Source: Armatimonadota bacterium (GTDB taxonomy: Bacteria > Armatimonadota > HRBIN16). Taken from it: DNA of 64,000 nt. The notes beneath the pieces are model-generated. The model had not been told where the DNA came from, searched no databases, and worked only from the letters and a program-made list of their open reading frames with translations. Below, one piece after another: positions 46,602 through 56,301 of the stretch. The translations under genes were made by a program, and so were the position numbers. The stretch spans positions 2,848,001-2,912,000 of the forward strand of contig OY781964.1 of the NCBI GenBank assembly GCA_963677485.1. Direction: 5' to 3'. How positions within the stretch are numbered: the first letter of the stretch is position 1; the number at the start of each line of letters is the position of its first letter.

Positions 46602-47342
46602 CTACCAGCGCACCTGGTCGAAGGAGGTGAACTTCTTCGCCTCGCTGGCAACACGCGCCACCGATGCGGCATGACCATCGGCGAAGGTGAAGTTGGCAAA
46701 CCGAGTGTCACCCACGCCTTTACTGTTGCCGATGTTGGAGCTGTTGATACGGTGCCGGAAATCGACCGTCTCGGGCCCGCCGGAGGCACTGGCCTGCTGT
46801 ATGGCGCAGTCGAATGCCAGTGCAGTGAGTCCGGGAGTGGGGGTTTGCTCCAGTATCGCTCCGCTCATCGAGCCGTTCATGCCGTACGCCAGCTCAGGGT
46901 TGGGGGAATCGGAGCACTTGAATGTGTAAGGCAGTTTGGTATAGACCTTCAGCGGCTCCTGCCAGTTCTCTCGCAAGGGCAGCCTGCCGTCATTGTCGTC
47001 TGCATACATGTGCATGGCCATACCGATCATCTTTTGGTTTTGGTAGCAGTTGGTCTGCTGTCCACGTTCTTTTTCGAGGCCTATTACGGGAAACACCAGA
47101 AGGTAGATGACGAAGCCAATTAGAAGGCCTACGGCAGAAAAGCTGAGTGCCCATTGGGACATCCGTTTGCTGACCGAAGACTGTGACTGGCTGGACACGG
47201 CGTATGCGATGATGCCGACCAGCAGCCCAAGCACACATAATAGCGGGCACAACAGGGAGCTGACTCCGATGATCATGGCGATCAGTGCCAGTTTGTATGC
47301 TGGTTCCTTCTGTGAATCCTCTGTAAAGAACGGTGACTGCAT
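46602..47342 (-). CDS. DUF4190-like membrane protein with an H-X9-DG (prepilin-associated) domain
   Basis: Two TM segments; CYQNQKMIGMAMHMYADD; ANFTFADGHA. Confidence 0.8.
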   Translation of the reverse strand: MQSPFFTEDSQKEPAYKLALIAMIIGVSSLLCPLLCVLGLLVGIIAYAVSSQSQSSVSKRMSQWALSFSAVGLLIGFVIYLLVFPVIGLEKERGQQTNCYQNQKMIGMAMHMYADDNDGRLPLRENWQEPLKVYTKLPYTFKCSDSPNPELAYGMNGSMSGAILEQTPTPGLTALAFDCAIQQASASGGPETVDFRHRINSSNIGNSKGVGDTRFANFTFADGHAASVARVASEAKKFTSFDQVRW

Positions 47343-47428
47343 GTCGGCCAACTCCTGTGTCGTTTATCTATAGTTCGTGTTACCATAAATTGTTTGCTAT
47401 CGCCACAAACATATGGAGGCCATATTCA

Positions 47429-47893
47429 ATGTTGATTTCAAAGTGGTATAGAACGATGATCCTGGTATTTACCGCACTGCACATCATGCCGTGTATGGGT
47501 AGCTTCACGGCGATATTTGCCACCGGCGATATCGGTGCCTTCTATACATTCATCATTTTAGCTACCGTAACGTATTTGTTTTGGCTGAGCTACGACCGAA
47601 TGAAAAAATCGCTCAAAGGCGGTCTTGGCCTATCATTCGTACTCGTATCCGCCGACTGGCTGCTGGTATGCTTATATCTTGTAAATGTCGTGCTTTTCGT
47701 CAACAAGTCCAGCATTGACGTCGTCGATCCCCCCAGTTCGCCGATGGCAGCCCTGTTAGGTATCGCCACTGGGTTGTTTTGGTTAATCGTGTTGTCCATC
47801 ATGATGGCGATGGGTATTCTTGAGATCATGCGCGCACGGTGCGATAAACGTAGTTCTGCGACAGGCACCCCGGGCGATTTGTTGGCAAACTAG
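47429..47893 (+). CDS. Hypothetical membrane protein (4 TM)
   Basis: GGAGG RBS before the ATG at 47429; four hydrophobic segments. Confidence 0.6.
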   Translation: MLISKWYRTMILVFTALHIMPCMGSFTAIFATGDIGAFYTFIILATVTYLFWLSYDRMKKSLKGGLGLSFVLVSADWLLVCLYLVNVVLFVNKSSIDVVDPPSSPMAALLGIATGLFWLIVLSIMMAMGILEIMRARCDKRSSATGTPGDLLAN

Positions 47894-47951
47894 TAGGTGA
47901 GAGTTGATGCTCATCGCTCAACAACGATAGTAGTAGTGTGCCGCGGTCCCT

Positions 47952-48323
47952 ACGCCCGCCGGAACGCGGGCCGGTATTGATCAGCGATGGGTGAAAGTGC
48001 CCGTACCGGGACGCAGTCACGGACGGGCCACCGAACCCATCGCCAAACGCCGATCGCCCATATCGCAAGCCACCAGTCACGGTGCCGCGGGTTTAGTCAC
48101 CCACACCACTCCGTTCCGGGAGCTGACGCTCCAGGAACTGCGTTGGTGCGGGTTCCTGCACCGCACGGCTGATCATTAGCGGCCGGTGTCGCTTCGCTCC
48201 GACCGGCGCAGGGAGGGTGGCCTTCCCTACGCCCGCCGGAACGCGGGCCGGTATTGATCAGCGATGGGTGAAAGTGCCCGTACCGGGACGAAGTCACGGA
48301 TGGGCCACCGAACCCATCGCCAA
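47952..48323. repeat. Family-B structured repeat, one full and one partial tandem copy
   Basis: Homologous to 5927-6188. Confidence 0.85.
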
Positions 48324-48417
48324 GGGCCAGAGGTGTCGATCGCCAGCTGCCAGCACGACAACTGCCCCCTGCCAACGGTAAACTGATAGTATTGTACGCG
48401 TATAGGAGAATCTCGTC

Positions 48418-49560
48418 ATGACCATTTTGCTTCCATTAATACTCACCGCCTTATTACTGGCCGTCTGCGGCTGGCGATGCACCGCGGCCGAGGTGCCGGC
48501 ACCTCCAGACCCCATCCACTCGCCGGAGCTGCTGCCCGATGGCCGTGTGACGTTCCGCGTGCAAGCCCCACAGGCCAAAGAGGCGGTGGTGGCCCTCGAC
48601 GGTGTGGGCATGCTGCCGATGACTAAGGATGCCAAAGGGATATGGAGTGCCACCAGCGCACCCATCAAGCCGGATGTGTATTCCTACAGCTTTATGGTGG
48701 ATGGCCTGGCCATGCCTGACCCTGCCAACTCCGACACGAAGAGCTTTGTGGCGGGCAGCCGCTGCAGTCTGCTTCACGTGCCCGGTGCACCAGCAAACCC
48801 TTGGGACTGGTGCGAAGTGCCGCATGGTGTGGTGCATCACCACGTGCTGGACTCGAAGCTGATCGGTGACCGGCGCGACTTCTACGTCTACACCCCACCG
48901 CAGTTCGACAGCACAGGCAAGACGCGCTACCCGGTGCTGGTCCTTCAGCACGGTTTGACCGACGATGCCAGCGCCTGGATGACCATCGGCCGGGCGAATG
49001 TAATCATGGACAACCTGATCGCGAAAGGCAAAATGGTGCCGATGGTGGTGGTGAACACGCTGGGGTACGGGATGCCCAACCCCCATCGCAGCTTGAAGCC
49101 GATGTTCGAGCCACAGACGGAAAGGCAGTGCGCCGAGGCCTTCACCAACTGCCTGCTGCAGGAGATAATGCCTGAGGTAGAACGGATATACCATACCTCG
49201 AGCGAGCGCGAGATGCACGCCATCACTGGGCTGTCGATGGGTGGGGGGCAGTCGCTGAGCATCGGACTGACTCATCTGGACCGCTTTGCGTGGGTCGGCT
49301 CGTTCAGCGGGGCGATCACCATGATCATCGACCCTGCGAAGGTGTTTGAGAACCTCAGAGCATCGACTAATGCGCAGATTCGGCTGTTGTGGATCGCCTG
49401 CGGGGTGGATGACTTCTTGATCGAGCCCAACCGGCAGTTCGATGCGATGTTGAAATCAAAGCAAATCAGGCACACCTACATCGAAACGCCGGGTGCCCAC
49501 ACCTGGTCGAACTGGCGTCAGTATCTTTCGGATCTGCTGCCGCTGCTGTTCCGAAGGTGA
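48418..49560 (+). CDS. Secreted esterase (CE1-like) with an N-terminal Ig/CBM48-like domain
   Basis: VYTPP, YPVLVLQHG, GLSMGG nucleophile motif, GAHTW. Confidence 0.9.
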   Translation: MTILLPLILTALLLAVCGWRCTAAEVPAPPDPIHSPELLPDGRVTFRVQAPQAKEAVVALDGVGMLPMTKDAKGIWSATSAPIKPDVYSYSFMVDGLAMPDPANSDTKSFVAGSRCSLLHVPGAPANPWDWCEVPHGVVHHHVLDSKLIGDRRDFYVYTPPQFDSTGKTRYPVLVLQHGLTDDASAWMTIGRANVIMDNLIAKGKMVPMVVVNTLGYGMPNPHRSLKPMFEPQTERQCAEAFTNCLLQEIMPEVERIYHTSSEREMHAITGLSMGGGQSLSIGLTHLDRFAWVGSFSGAITMIIDPAKVFENLRASTNAQIRLLWIACGVDDFLIEPNRQFDAMLKSKQIRHTYIETPGAHTWSNWRQYLSDLLPLLFRR

Positions 49561-49672
49561 TTCTGGCGCGCTGAGCATCGTGCTGACCGGCGCAGATCCC
49601 CCACGCCGGTCTGGCCGCTGTGATAGAATCAAACTGTCCCTACAGCACGCAAATCACCAGGTGAAATCATTT

Positions 49673-50449
49673 ATGCAAGAGCTCCCTCAGCGTCGTGAAC
49701 CTACCACTCGCGAAAAGATCATTGTGGTCATCATCATCGCGGTGGTAGCTGGGTTCGGTACGCCTAGCTTCCTGCAGTTTCGCCGACAGGCGTTGAACGG
49801 CACCTGCGTGAGCAACCTTCGCAACCTGTCCGAGGGGATACGGCTCTACAGCCAGGACAACGATGACATCCTGCCGCTGGCCCACTACCTCCACCCCAAG
49901 ACCAAACAGCTTATCACCTGGGCTGAGCTGCTGTCGAACTACACCGATCCCAAATATCTCACCTGCCCGGCCGACCCGTCACCCAAGGGCCCGCCGTTTA
50001 TGGATATCAGCGACAGGGAGCGGGTGCATATCTCTTACGGCTATTTCCCCGGTGCGTCGGCAGCACACAAAGAAAAACTGGCCTACAACGGCTCCGAGTT
50101 GGCGATGCTAATGGACACCAGCGACGCCGGTTACCGCATCCACCCGATGCCCGGCATACCCGCCGAGAAGCAGGCGCTGTTTGTGGGTTTTGATACGCCC
50201 GATGGCCGCTACAGCAAGTCGGCGAAGGTGATGCAGAACACCGCGGTGATGCCCGCGAAGGGCAGTTGGCCTACGCCGACCAAGCTGCGCACCCGTCACG
50301 GCGAGACGTTCAACGTGCTGTTCGCGGACGGCCATATCGAGGGTGCCCCCATGAACACCGTGTTCCTGGACAACTCCACCGGCAGCCCCAGCACCCCCTG
50401 GAACCCCAAGCAGAAGGAAGCCAAACCGCTGGCCACCCCGAAGTTTTAG
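49673..50449 (+). CDS. Prepilin-like H-X9-DG domain protein
   Basis: Hydrophobic N-terminus; CVSNLRNL...YSQDND; CPAD; RHGETFNVLFADGH. Confidence 0.82.
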   Translation: MQELPQRREPTTREKIIVVIIIAVVAGFGTPSFLQFRRQALNGTCVSNLRNLSEGIRLYSQDNDDILPLAHYLHPKTKQLITWAELLSNYTDPKYLTCPADPSPKGPPFMDISDRERVHISYGYFPGASAAHKEKLAYNGSELAMLMDTSDAGYRIHPMPGIPAEKQALFVGFDTPDGRYSKSAKVMQNTAVMPAKGSWPTPTKLRTRHGETFNVLFADGHIEGAPMNTVFLDNSTGSPSTPWNPKQKEAKPLATPKF

Positions 50450-50476
50450 CGAGGGACCGGCTCGCGGCTTGATAAT

Positions 50477-50707
50477 TCAATCTCTTACCCACGAATACTT
50501 GCAGAGCCAGTAGACCGTCGATTCCGCGACATAAATGTCTCGGCTATTGAACACCAAGACTGCTGAAGCAGTCTACGATGTCGTTATCACCATCAGCACG
50601 AAGTTCCGCAGACCGTTTTAACGGGCTTGCTGATCAGTAGCCGAGACATTTATGTCGCGGAATCGGCGAAATACGAGCCCGGCTTGTTTTTTGCCGGTAA
50701 TGGCGTG
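50477..50707. repeat. Family-A MITE copy in the opposite orientation
   Basis: CCGCGACATAAATGTCTCGGCTATTG...AGACTGCTGAAGCAGTCT...CCGAGACATTTATGTCGCGG; degenerate ends. Confidence 0.75.
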
Positions 50708-50858
50708 TGCAAGCCCCCGTGCTTACCCCTGCTTTTGCACTCTCGCACCCGCCATTTGTCTGTTTTGCCCGTATCCTCAAAATCAACTCCCATCTGACGT
50801 AAACTGATACTAACCCGTGCATGCATCGGGCAGCTCATCATCTTGCGAGGTCATAAAT

Positions 50859-53096
50859 ATGTCAGAGATACGTCCGCTTTGGTTCACACACTCAAAAACA
50901 CCAGCCGATACCCACGTTGCGTTCAGGGGTCGCTTCAGCCTCTCTTCAAACCGTCCTGCGGAGCTGCACATCCTGGGGGCAAGCTGGTACCGGGTCTGGC
51001 TGGACGGCCAGGAACTGACCGAAGGGCCGCACCGGTTCCCCATTGCTCACCCGGAATACCAAGTGGTGCCTCTACCAGCCATATCCGGCGAGCATCTGCT
51101 GGCGGTGCAGATACATCATGAGGGCGTCAGCACGCGCATTCTGGACGATGTGCCGCCGTTCCTGTGGGCGCGAGTGATGTCGGATGGCAAGCCACAGCCG
51201 ATCACCTGGCGGTGCATCGAGCTGCCCGGCTACGCTAAGGCGACCAGGCGGATCAACGCCCAGTTGGCCTGGGTGGAGTGGTGCGATACCCGCGTGCAGC
51301 CCGTCGATTGGCAGAAACCGGCCTTCGATGACACTGCCTGGGCTGCGCCTGTGGAGGTCTCGCCAGCCCTGGGAGAACTCAAACCCGCCTCCATCGCGGA
51401 GCTACCCATCACCAAGCGACCGCTGGTACAGATTGCGAACGGGCTTCTCACAGAGGAATACGGCTACGAGCTGGATAACCCCAGCGCACGCTTTTTCCTG
51501 CGCAAGCTCAACGCCTCGCCGATGGTCGCCAACGGATTGTGGCGTAGGTATGATCTGGGCTTCATCAGCGTAGCGCGTCCGCAGATTGAGTTGGACCTCC
51601 CCGTTGGTGCGATTGTGGAGATGGCGATGAGCGAGGCTCTGCAGCATGACCGCGTATGCCCCTGGATTACACTCTCCGCCAGCGACTCTTGCAATATGGA
51701 CCACTATGTGGCCCGAGGCGGCAGGCAGTTGTTCGCACCGTTGACGCCCAAGGGTGGACGGTATCTGGAAGTGCATGTGCTGTGCGATCCGGAAAAGGTG
51801 AAGTTCCTCTCCGAAAGTGCCGATATCCGCTGCTACTTCAGCAAAGTGGTGGGCAGCTTCAAGTGTTCCGATGATGTGCTAAACCGCATCTGGATGCAAG
51901 GTGTGCATACTCACATGAGCTGCAGCGAGGATGCGCTCATCGACAACCCCACGCGCGAGCGCGGTCAGTGGACCGGCGACGTGGTCTCCGCCGGGATGGA
52001 TATCGCGGCCTCGGCGTTCACCGACCTGCGCCTCCTTCGGCGTGCCGTGCTTCAAAGCGCTCAATGTGCCGATGAGCGCGGCTACATCAGCGGGCTGTGC
52101 CCCGGTGGCGGAGGGGTGTTCAGCGCGTATGCGGTGCAGTGGAATACCGCTGTGATGCACTACTGGGCGCTCACCGGCGAGAACGACCTGCTGGAGCCGA
52201 TGTGGCCTCACGCTGTGCGCAACCTGCAGGGCGTAGAGAAGGCAATGAACGAGCAGGGCGTGGTGGACTTCGGCGTGCCCTTCATCGACTGGGGATATGT
52301 GCCCAATCCGGGCCAGGCCGACATGGGGCTCACGCTTCACAGTCTGGCAAGCGTGCGTGACACCATCCGCTGGGCAGAGGCCATCAGCCGGACGCAGGAG
52401 ATGCCGTGGCTGAAGAAGCTCGATCAGCGGCTGTCAGAGTGTGTGGCCCGGTATCTGGAGAGCAACCGCGTCTGCACTGTGGACTGGCGCGCGGTGGGAT
52501 ACCACCGCACAGTGCTGGCCTTGCGGCTGGGCTTAGTGCCGAGTCAGGAGGAGGCCGCGGCGGTGGCCTACATCAAGGCGCACATGCTGAGCTGCTTCCC
52601 CAACAACCCCAGCGCACCGCGGCTGGGATCGCCCACCATGGCTAACCCGCAACTGATCACGCCTTATTTCGCCCATTACGCCTTCCCTCCGTTACTGGAG
52701 CGTGGCGAGGCCGATTTCGTGCTGCAGCAGATGCGCGCCTGCTGGGGCTGGGCGATGGAGACCGGCATCACCACCTGGGTGGAGGTGTTCGATACCCGAT
52801 GGAGCCATTGCCACCAGTGGGCGGGTTGCCCCACCTGGCAGCTCAGCCAGTATGGGCTGGGTCTGCACCCGTGCCTGGACCAGGGGGATCGCCATTACCG
52901 GTTTGTGTTGACCCTCGGTAGCCTGGATTGGGCCGAGGGTATCCTGCCCGTGCCACACAGTGAAAGCGGCATCCGCATCAGCTGGCGGCGTGACGGCAAG
53001 ACGATCGTGTGGAAGGCTGAGGCCGATCAGCCCATCACCGTGCTGAACACACCGCAGGGCACCCTCACCGGCACCAGCCTCGAGCTGCGGTTGTAA
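50859..53096 (+). CDS. GH78-like alpha-L-rhamnosidase-family glycoside hydrolase
   Basis: LNRIW, DNPTRERGQWTGD, FIDW, TTWVE, SHCHQW. Confidence 0.85.
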   Translation: MSEIRPLWFTHSKTPADTHVAFRGRFSLSSNRPAELHILGASWYRVWLDGQELTEGPHRFPIAHPEYQVVPLPAISGEHLLAVQIHHEGVSTRILDDVPPFLWARVMSDGKPQPITWRCIELPGYAKATRRINAQLAWVEWCDTRVQPVDWQKPAFDDTAWAAPVEVSPALGELKPASIAELPITKRPLVQIANGLLTEEYGYELDNPSARFFLRKLNASPMVANGLWRRYDLGFISVARPQIELDLPVGAIVEMAMSEALQHDRVCPWITLSASDSCNMDHYVARGGRQLFAPLTPKGGRYLEVHVLCDPEKVKFLSESADIRCYFSKVVGSFKCSDDVLNRIWMQGVHTHMSCSEDALIDNPTRERGQWTGDVVSAGMDIAASAFTDLRLLRRAVLQSAQCADERGYISGLCPGGGGVFSAYAVQWNTAVMHYWALTGENDLLEPMWPHAVRNLQGVEKAMNEQGVVDFGVPFIDWGYVPNPGQADMGLTLHSLASVRDTIRWAEAISRTQEMPWLKKLDQRLSECVARYLESNRVCTVDWRAVGYHRTVLALRLGLVPSQEEAAAVAYIKAHMLSCFPNNPSAPRLGSPTMANPQLITPYFAHYAFPPLLERGEADFVLQQMRACWGWAMETGITTWVEVFDTRWSHCHQWAGCPTWQLSQYGLGLHPCLDQGDRHYRFVLTLGSLDWAEGILPVPHSESGIRISWRRDGKTIVWKAEADQPITVLNTPQGTLTGTSLELRL

Positions 53097-53114
53097 GGAA
53101 ACACCGGGCGAAAT

Positions 53115-53163
53115 GTAGGGGCATGGCGTGCCGTGCCCGTAGGGGCGTCCGGCCGGACGCCCC
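53115..53163. repeat. GTAG REP-like palindromes between convergent genes
   Basis: GTAGGGGCATGGCGTGCCGTGCCC and GTAGGGGCGTCCGGCCGGACGCCCC. Confidence 0.8.
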
Positions 53164-53175
53164 CAAAATCCCACC

Positions 53176-56100
53176 TTACCCCATCCGCAGCCGGTAGCTC
53201 ACGATCTCAAACGCACGCAGCGTCATCGTGAGCCCTCCATCCCAGCTCGCCTGATCGAGCTGATCCTCCAGGATGTTCACCATCTCCGCTGAAACTACGG
53301 GCAGAGCGGTGGTCAGGCAGCCTGTCTGGCGTGAGCCGCTGCTTTCGTATAGGCGCACGATGAGGTCGTCGCTGTCCTCCGCCTTCTTCACAGTGTCGAT
53401 CACTATCGCGGGGTTGTCGATTTCGAAGAACGACTTGCTGGTGGGCTGAGTCACCGTCGGCAGAACGGCAAGCGGCTGGTTGAAGCACATCGCCTCGCGC
53501 ACCACACCACCGAGTTGTGGTCCACCAGCGTGCGGATAGAGCGCATACCGGAACCAGTGCCGGCCCATATCGGCCTGCGGATCGGGCCATTTCGGCGAGC
53601 GCAGCAGCGAAAGCGAGAGCACACCGGCGTGGCAGGAGTAGCCGTATTTGCTGTCATTGATCAGTGCCACACCGAAAGCTGGCTCCGAAAGGTCAGCCCA
53701 GCGTTGGCCTGGAACCTCAAACCTCGCCCAGTCCCAGGAGGTGTTGTAGTGTGTAGGTCGGCGCAGATGTCCAAACTGAATCTCGTAGGTGGCGTAATCC
53801 GTATGGATGTCCAGCGGGAACTCCACTTTCAGCATCTGGCTGTCTTCGTGCCAGTCGGTCACCACATCGAAGTTTAGCCGACAGGATCTGGCGTCCAGAG
53901 AGATTGTCTGCGACATGCTGGACACCGCACTGATGGCGGTCTCAACCCGGATGTTGCCGCGCAGCCCACCTTGGTCTACAACCGATGCCGAGATTGCCTC
54001 ACCGACTTCCCGCCGGTAATCCAGGTGGTAGATATCCAGGTTCCAGGCGTCATAGGCGCGCGGATGGTCCTCAAACAGCGCCATCTGGTTGGCCACGCAG
54101 CCGGATTTGACGGTTTCGCGCCGGTTGCGTTTGTCAAAGAAGCTGGTGATTCGGCCTGTGGCATCTATTGCCGCGCGCACCAGACCGTTCTCCAGCACAT
54201 ATCCGCTCTCGGACATGGTGACGGTGACCTGGTCATCCATCTGAGGCTGAGGTGTGACCACCGCGTAGCCCATCGAAGGTGCGGTCACGCAAGCTGGCCC
54301 ATCGCTGGTGTCCACCACCTCACTACGATCAAAGCTCAGCGTGTTCACCACCAGCAGATTCGGCTGATCTGATGATATTTTGGGTATGGATGGCACGCCA
54401 AACGGGTGCTCTTCACATTGATCCACCATCAGATTCGCAGCGACGGTTTCGCTTGCCATCGCAGCGATCAGGCGCGACTTCATCTGGTGGCCTGCTATGG
54501 CGATCTGGGCATATTCTTTGCGCGTCACTTCATACACATCGGGGATAGACGACCCAGGAAGGATGTCGTGGAACTGGTTGAGAAGCACGGTTTCCCACAG
54601 CGCGTTGATTTCGGATTGAGGATAAACGCCCAGTTTGAGAGCAGAAGCCAGAGATGCCAGCAGCTCCAGGTCGTGCAGCATCTCCTCACTGCGGCGGTTG
54701 TCCCGTTTGACCGCGGCCTGCGAGGTGAATGTGCCGCGGTGTTCCTCAAAGTAGAGCTCGCCGACCCAAGTGGCCGGATCTTTGATATCCGCTTTTGCCC
54801 GTTTGAAGAACTCCGGTGCCGACCGGATTTCGATGTCCGGCATCGCAGGGATGTCTTTCAGCAGCCGATACCGATCGAGCATCACCTCAGTGGGCGCGCC
54901 GCCTGCGTCGCCATAACCGAAGGTCATCAGCGTCTCATGGCCGCGGTCATGGTCCAGATAGTGGTTGACCTGGTTGAGTACGGTGTCCGCCTCAAAGCAG
55001 AACCCGCCGGGCGGCAGGTGCGTGAAGGTCTGGGTGCCGTCGATGCCTTCCCACAGGAAGCTGGTGTTGACCGGCTTGTTGAACTGGTTGCCCCAGAGCT
55101 TGATGGTGTAGAAGTTGCTGATGCCCGACAGCTTGAGTATCTGCGGCAGCGCGGCGGTGTAGCCGAACACATCGGGCTGCCAGAACTCCTCGCATGTGAT
55201 GCCAAACTCCTGCCGGAAGAACCGCTGGCCGAACAGGAACTGCCGCGCCAGTGACTCACCGGAGGGCACGTTGCAGTCAGGTTCGATCCAGGAACCACCC
55301 ACCGGCACGAACCGTCCCTCGCTCACACGCCGCTGGATCTGCTTCCAGACATCGGGATAGAGGTCGCGCATCCAACGGAACTGCAGTGCCTGAGAGCACG
55401 AGTAAACTAGATCCGGGTATTTCTCCATCAGCCGCATCACACCCGCAAACCCGCCGGCGCACTTGCGCTTGGTCTCTTCAACGGGCCACATCCAGGCGGT
55501 GTCGATGTGCGCTTCGCCGATGGCGGATATCTTGAAGGGGTTGCCGGGCTGCTTTACGTTAAAGAAGCCGTCTCCAGCTTGAATCGCAGCGGTCCAGCTT
55601 GAGCGGTCATCCAGGTCGCATAATCTGGTCATCTCGTATGCGGCGGTGATGGCTGAGGTGCGGTTCGGGCCAGCCGGCAGTGAACGGTAGAGGTTGAGCA
55701 GGGAATCCAGCCGGAGCCATAGATCCCAAGCCTCGCGGTCAAACCTGACCAGCCTGACGCGCTTAACCACGAACTCCCGTTGCTCCCGTGAGCCCACAAA
55801 CGGCTCCCGGAGGTAGCCCCAGTAGGCGCAGCAAGACATCTGGGCCACACAAGACAGGGTTTGGCCGCCTTTGGCCGATGTGACCAAGGGGCAGTATGGC
55901 TTGATGTTGTCCGTTTGACCGGGCCAGGAACAGTTGATGATGCTCTGAAGTACCACACCATCTGACCATATCAGCGCTTCGGCGTCGTTCTCGAAGATGA
56001 GGCCGACTTCCGAACCGGTCCAATCATCTGGCACACGTCCCTCGATTTTGAACCAGTGGTGCGACCACATCCCAGTGAAGAGCTCTCCCTCACTGACGGG

Positions 56101-56262
56101 CCGAAAGTCGCCCTGCATTGCCTGGTCATACGAGACTGTTCCAGCGGGGGAGGTAACGGACATCGTGACCGGAGCCATATCCATCGCCTGCAGTTTTTGC
56201 TGCTTGAACAAGGCTGTGAACTGCGTCACGTGATCATATGAGATGTCTGGGTGCTTAAGCAT
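53176..56262 (-). CDS. GH38 alpha-mannosidase
   Basis: HIDTAWMWP, SGESLARQ, PDVFGY, GELYFE.HRG, LNQFHDILPGS, FEVPGQRWAD. Confidence 0.95.
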   Translation of the reverse strand: MLKHPDISYDHVTQFTALFKQQKLQAMDMAPVTMSVTSPAGTVSYDQAMQGDFRPVSEGELFTGMWSHHWFKIEGRVPDDWTGSEVGLIFENDAEALIWSDGVVLQSIINCSWPGQTDNIKPYCPLVTSAKGGQTLSCVAQMSCCAYWGYLREPFVGSREQREFVVKRVRLVRFDREAWDLWLRLDSLLNLYRSLPAGPNRTSAITAAYEMTRLCDLDDRSSWTAAIQAGDGFFNVKQPGNPFKISAIGEAHIDTAWMWPVEETKRKCAGGFAGVMRLMEKYPDLVYSCSQALQFRWMRDLYPDVWKQIQRRVSEGRFVPVGGSWIEPDCNVPSGESLARQFLFGQRFFRQEFGITCEEFWQPDVFGYTAALPQILKLSGISNFYTIKLWGNQFNKPVNTSFLWEGIDGTQTFTHLPPGGFCFEADTVLNQVNHYLDHDRGHETLMTFGYGDAGGAPTEVMLDRYRLLKDIPAMPDIEIRSAPEFFKRAKADIKDPATWVGELYFEEHRGTFTSQAAVKRDNRRSEEMLHDLELLASLASALKLGVYPQSEINALWETVLLNQFHDILPGSSIPDVYEVTRKEYAQIAIAGHQMKSRLIAAMASETVAANLMVDQCEEHPFGVPSIPKISSDQPNLLVVNTLSFDRSEVVDTSDGPACVTAPSMGYAVVTPQPQMDDQVTVTMSESGYVLENGLVRAAIDATGRITSFFDKRNRRETVKSGCVANQMALFEDHPRAYDAWNLDIYHLDYRREVGEAISASVVDQGGLRGNIRVETAISAVSSMSQTISLDARSCRLNFDVVTDWHEDSQMLKVEFPLDIHTDYATYEIQFGHLRRPTHYNTSWDWARFEVPGQRWADLSEPAFGVALINDSKYGYSCHAGVLSLSLLRSPKWPDPQADMGRHWFRYALYPHAGGPQLGGVVREAMCFNQPLAVLPTVTQPTSKSFFEIDNPAIVIDTVKKAEDSDDLIVRLYESSGSRQTGCLTTALPVVSAEMVNILEDQLDQASWDGGLTMTLRAFEIVSYRLRMG

Positions 56263-56301
56263 TTGTTTACCTCGTGCGTTGTGATGCTATACCTGTGGTT
56301 C

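Noticed and set aside
55500-55525. Inactive GH38 because the motif reads GEAHID rather than GHAHID
   Set aside because: The Zn-binding HxD, the PDVFG nucleophile and the FHD motif are all retained
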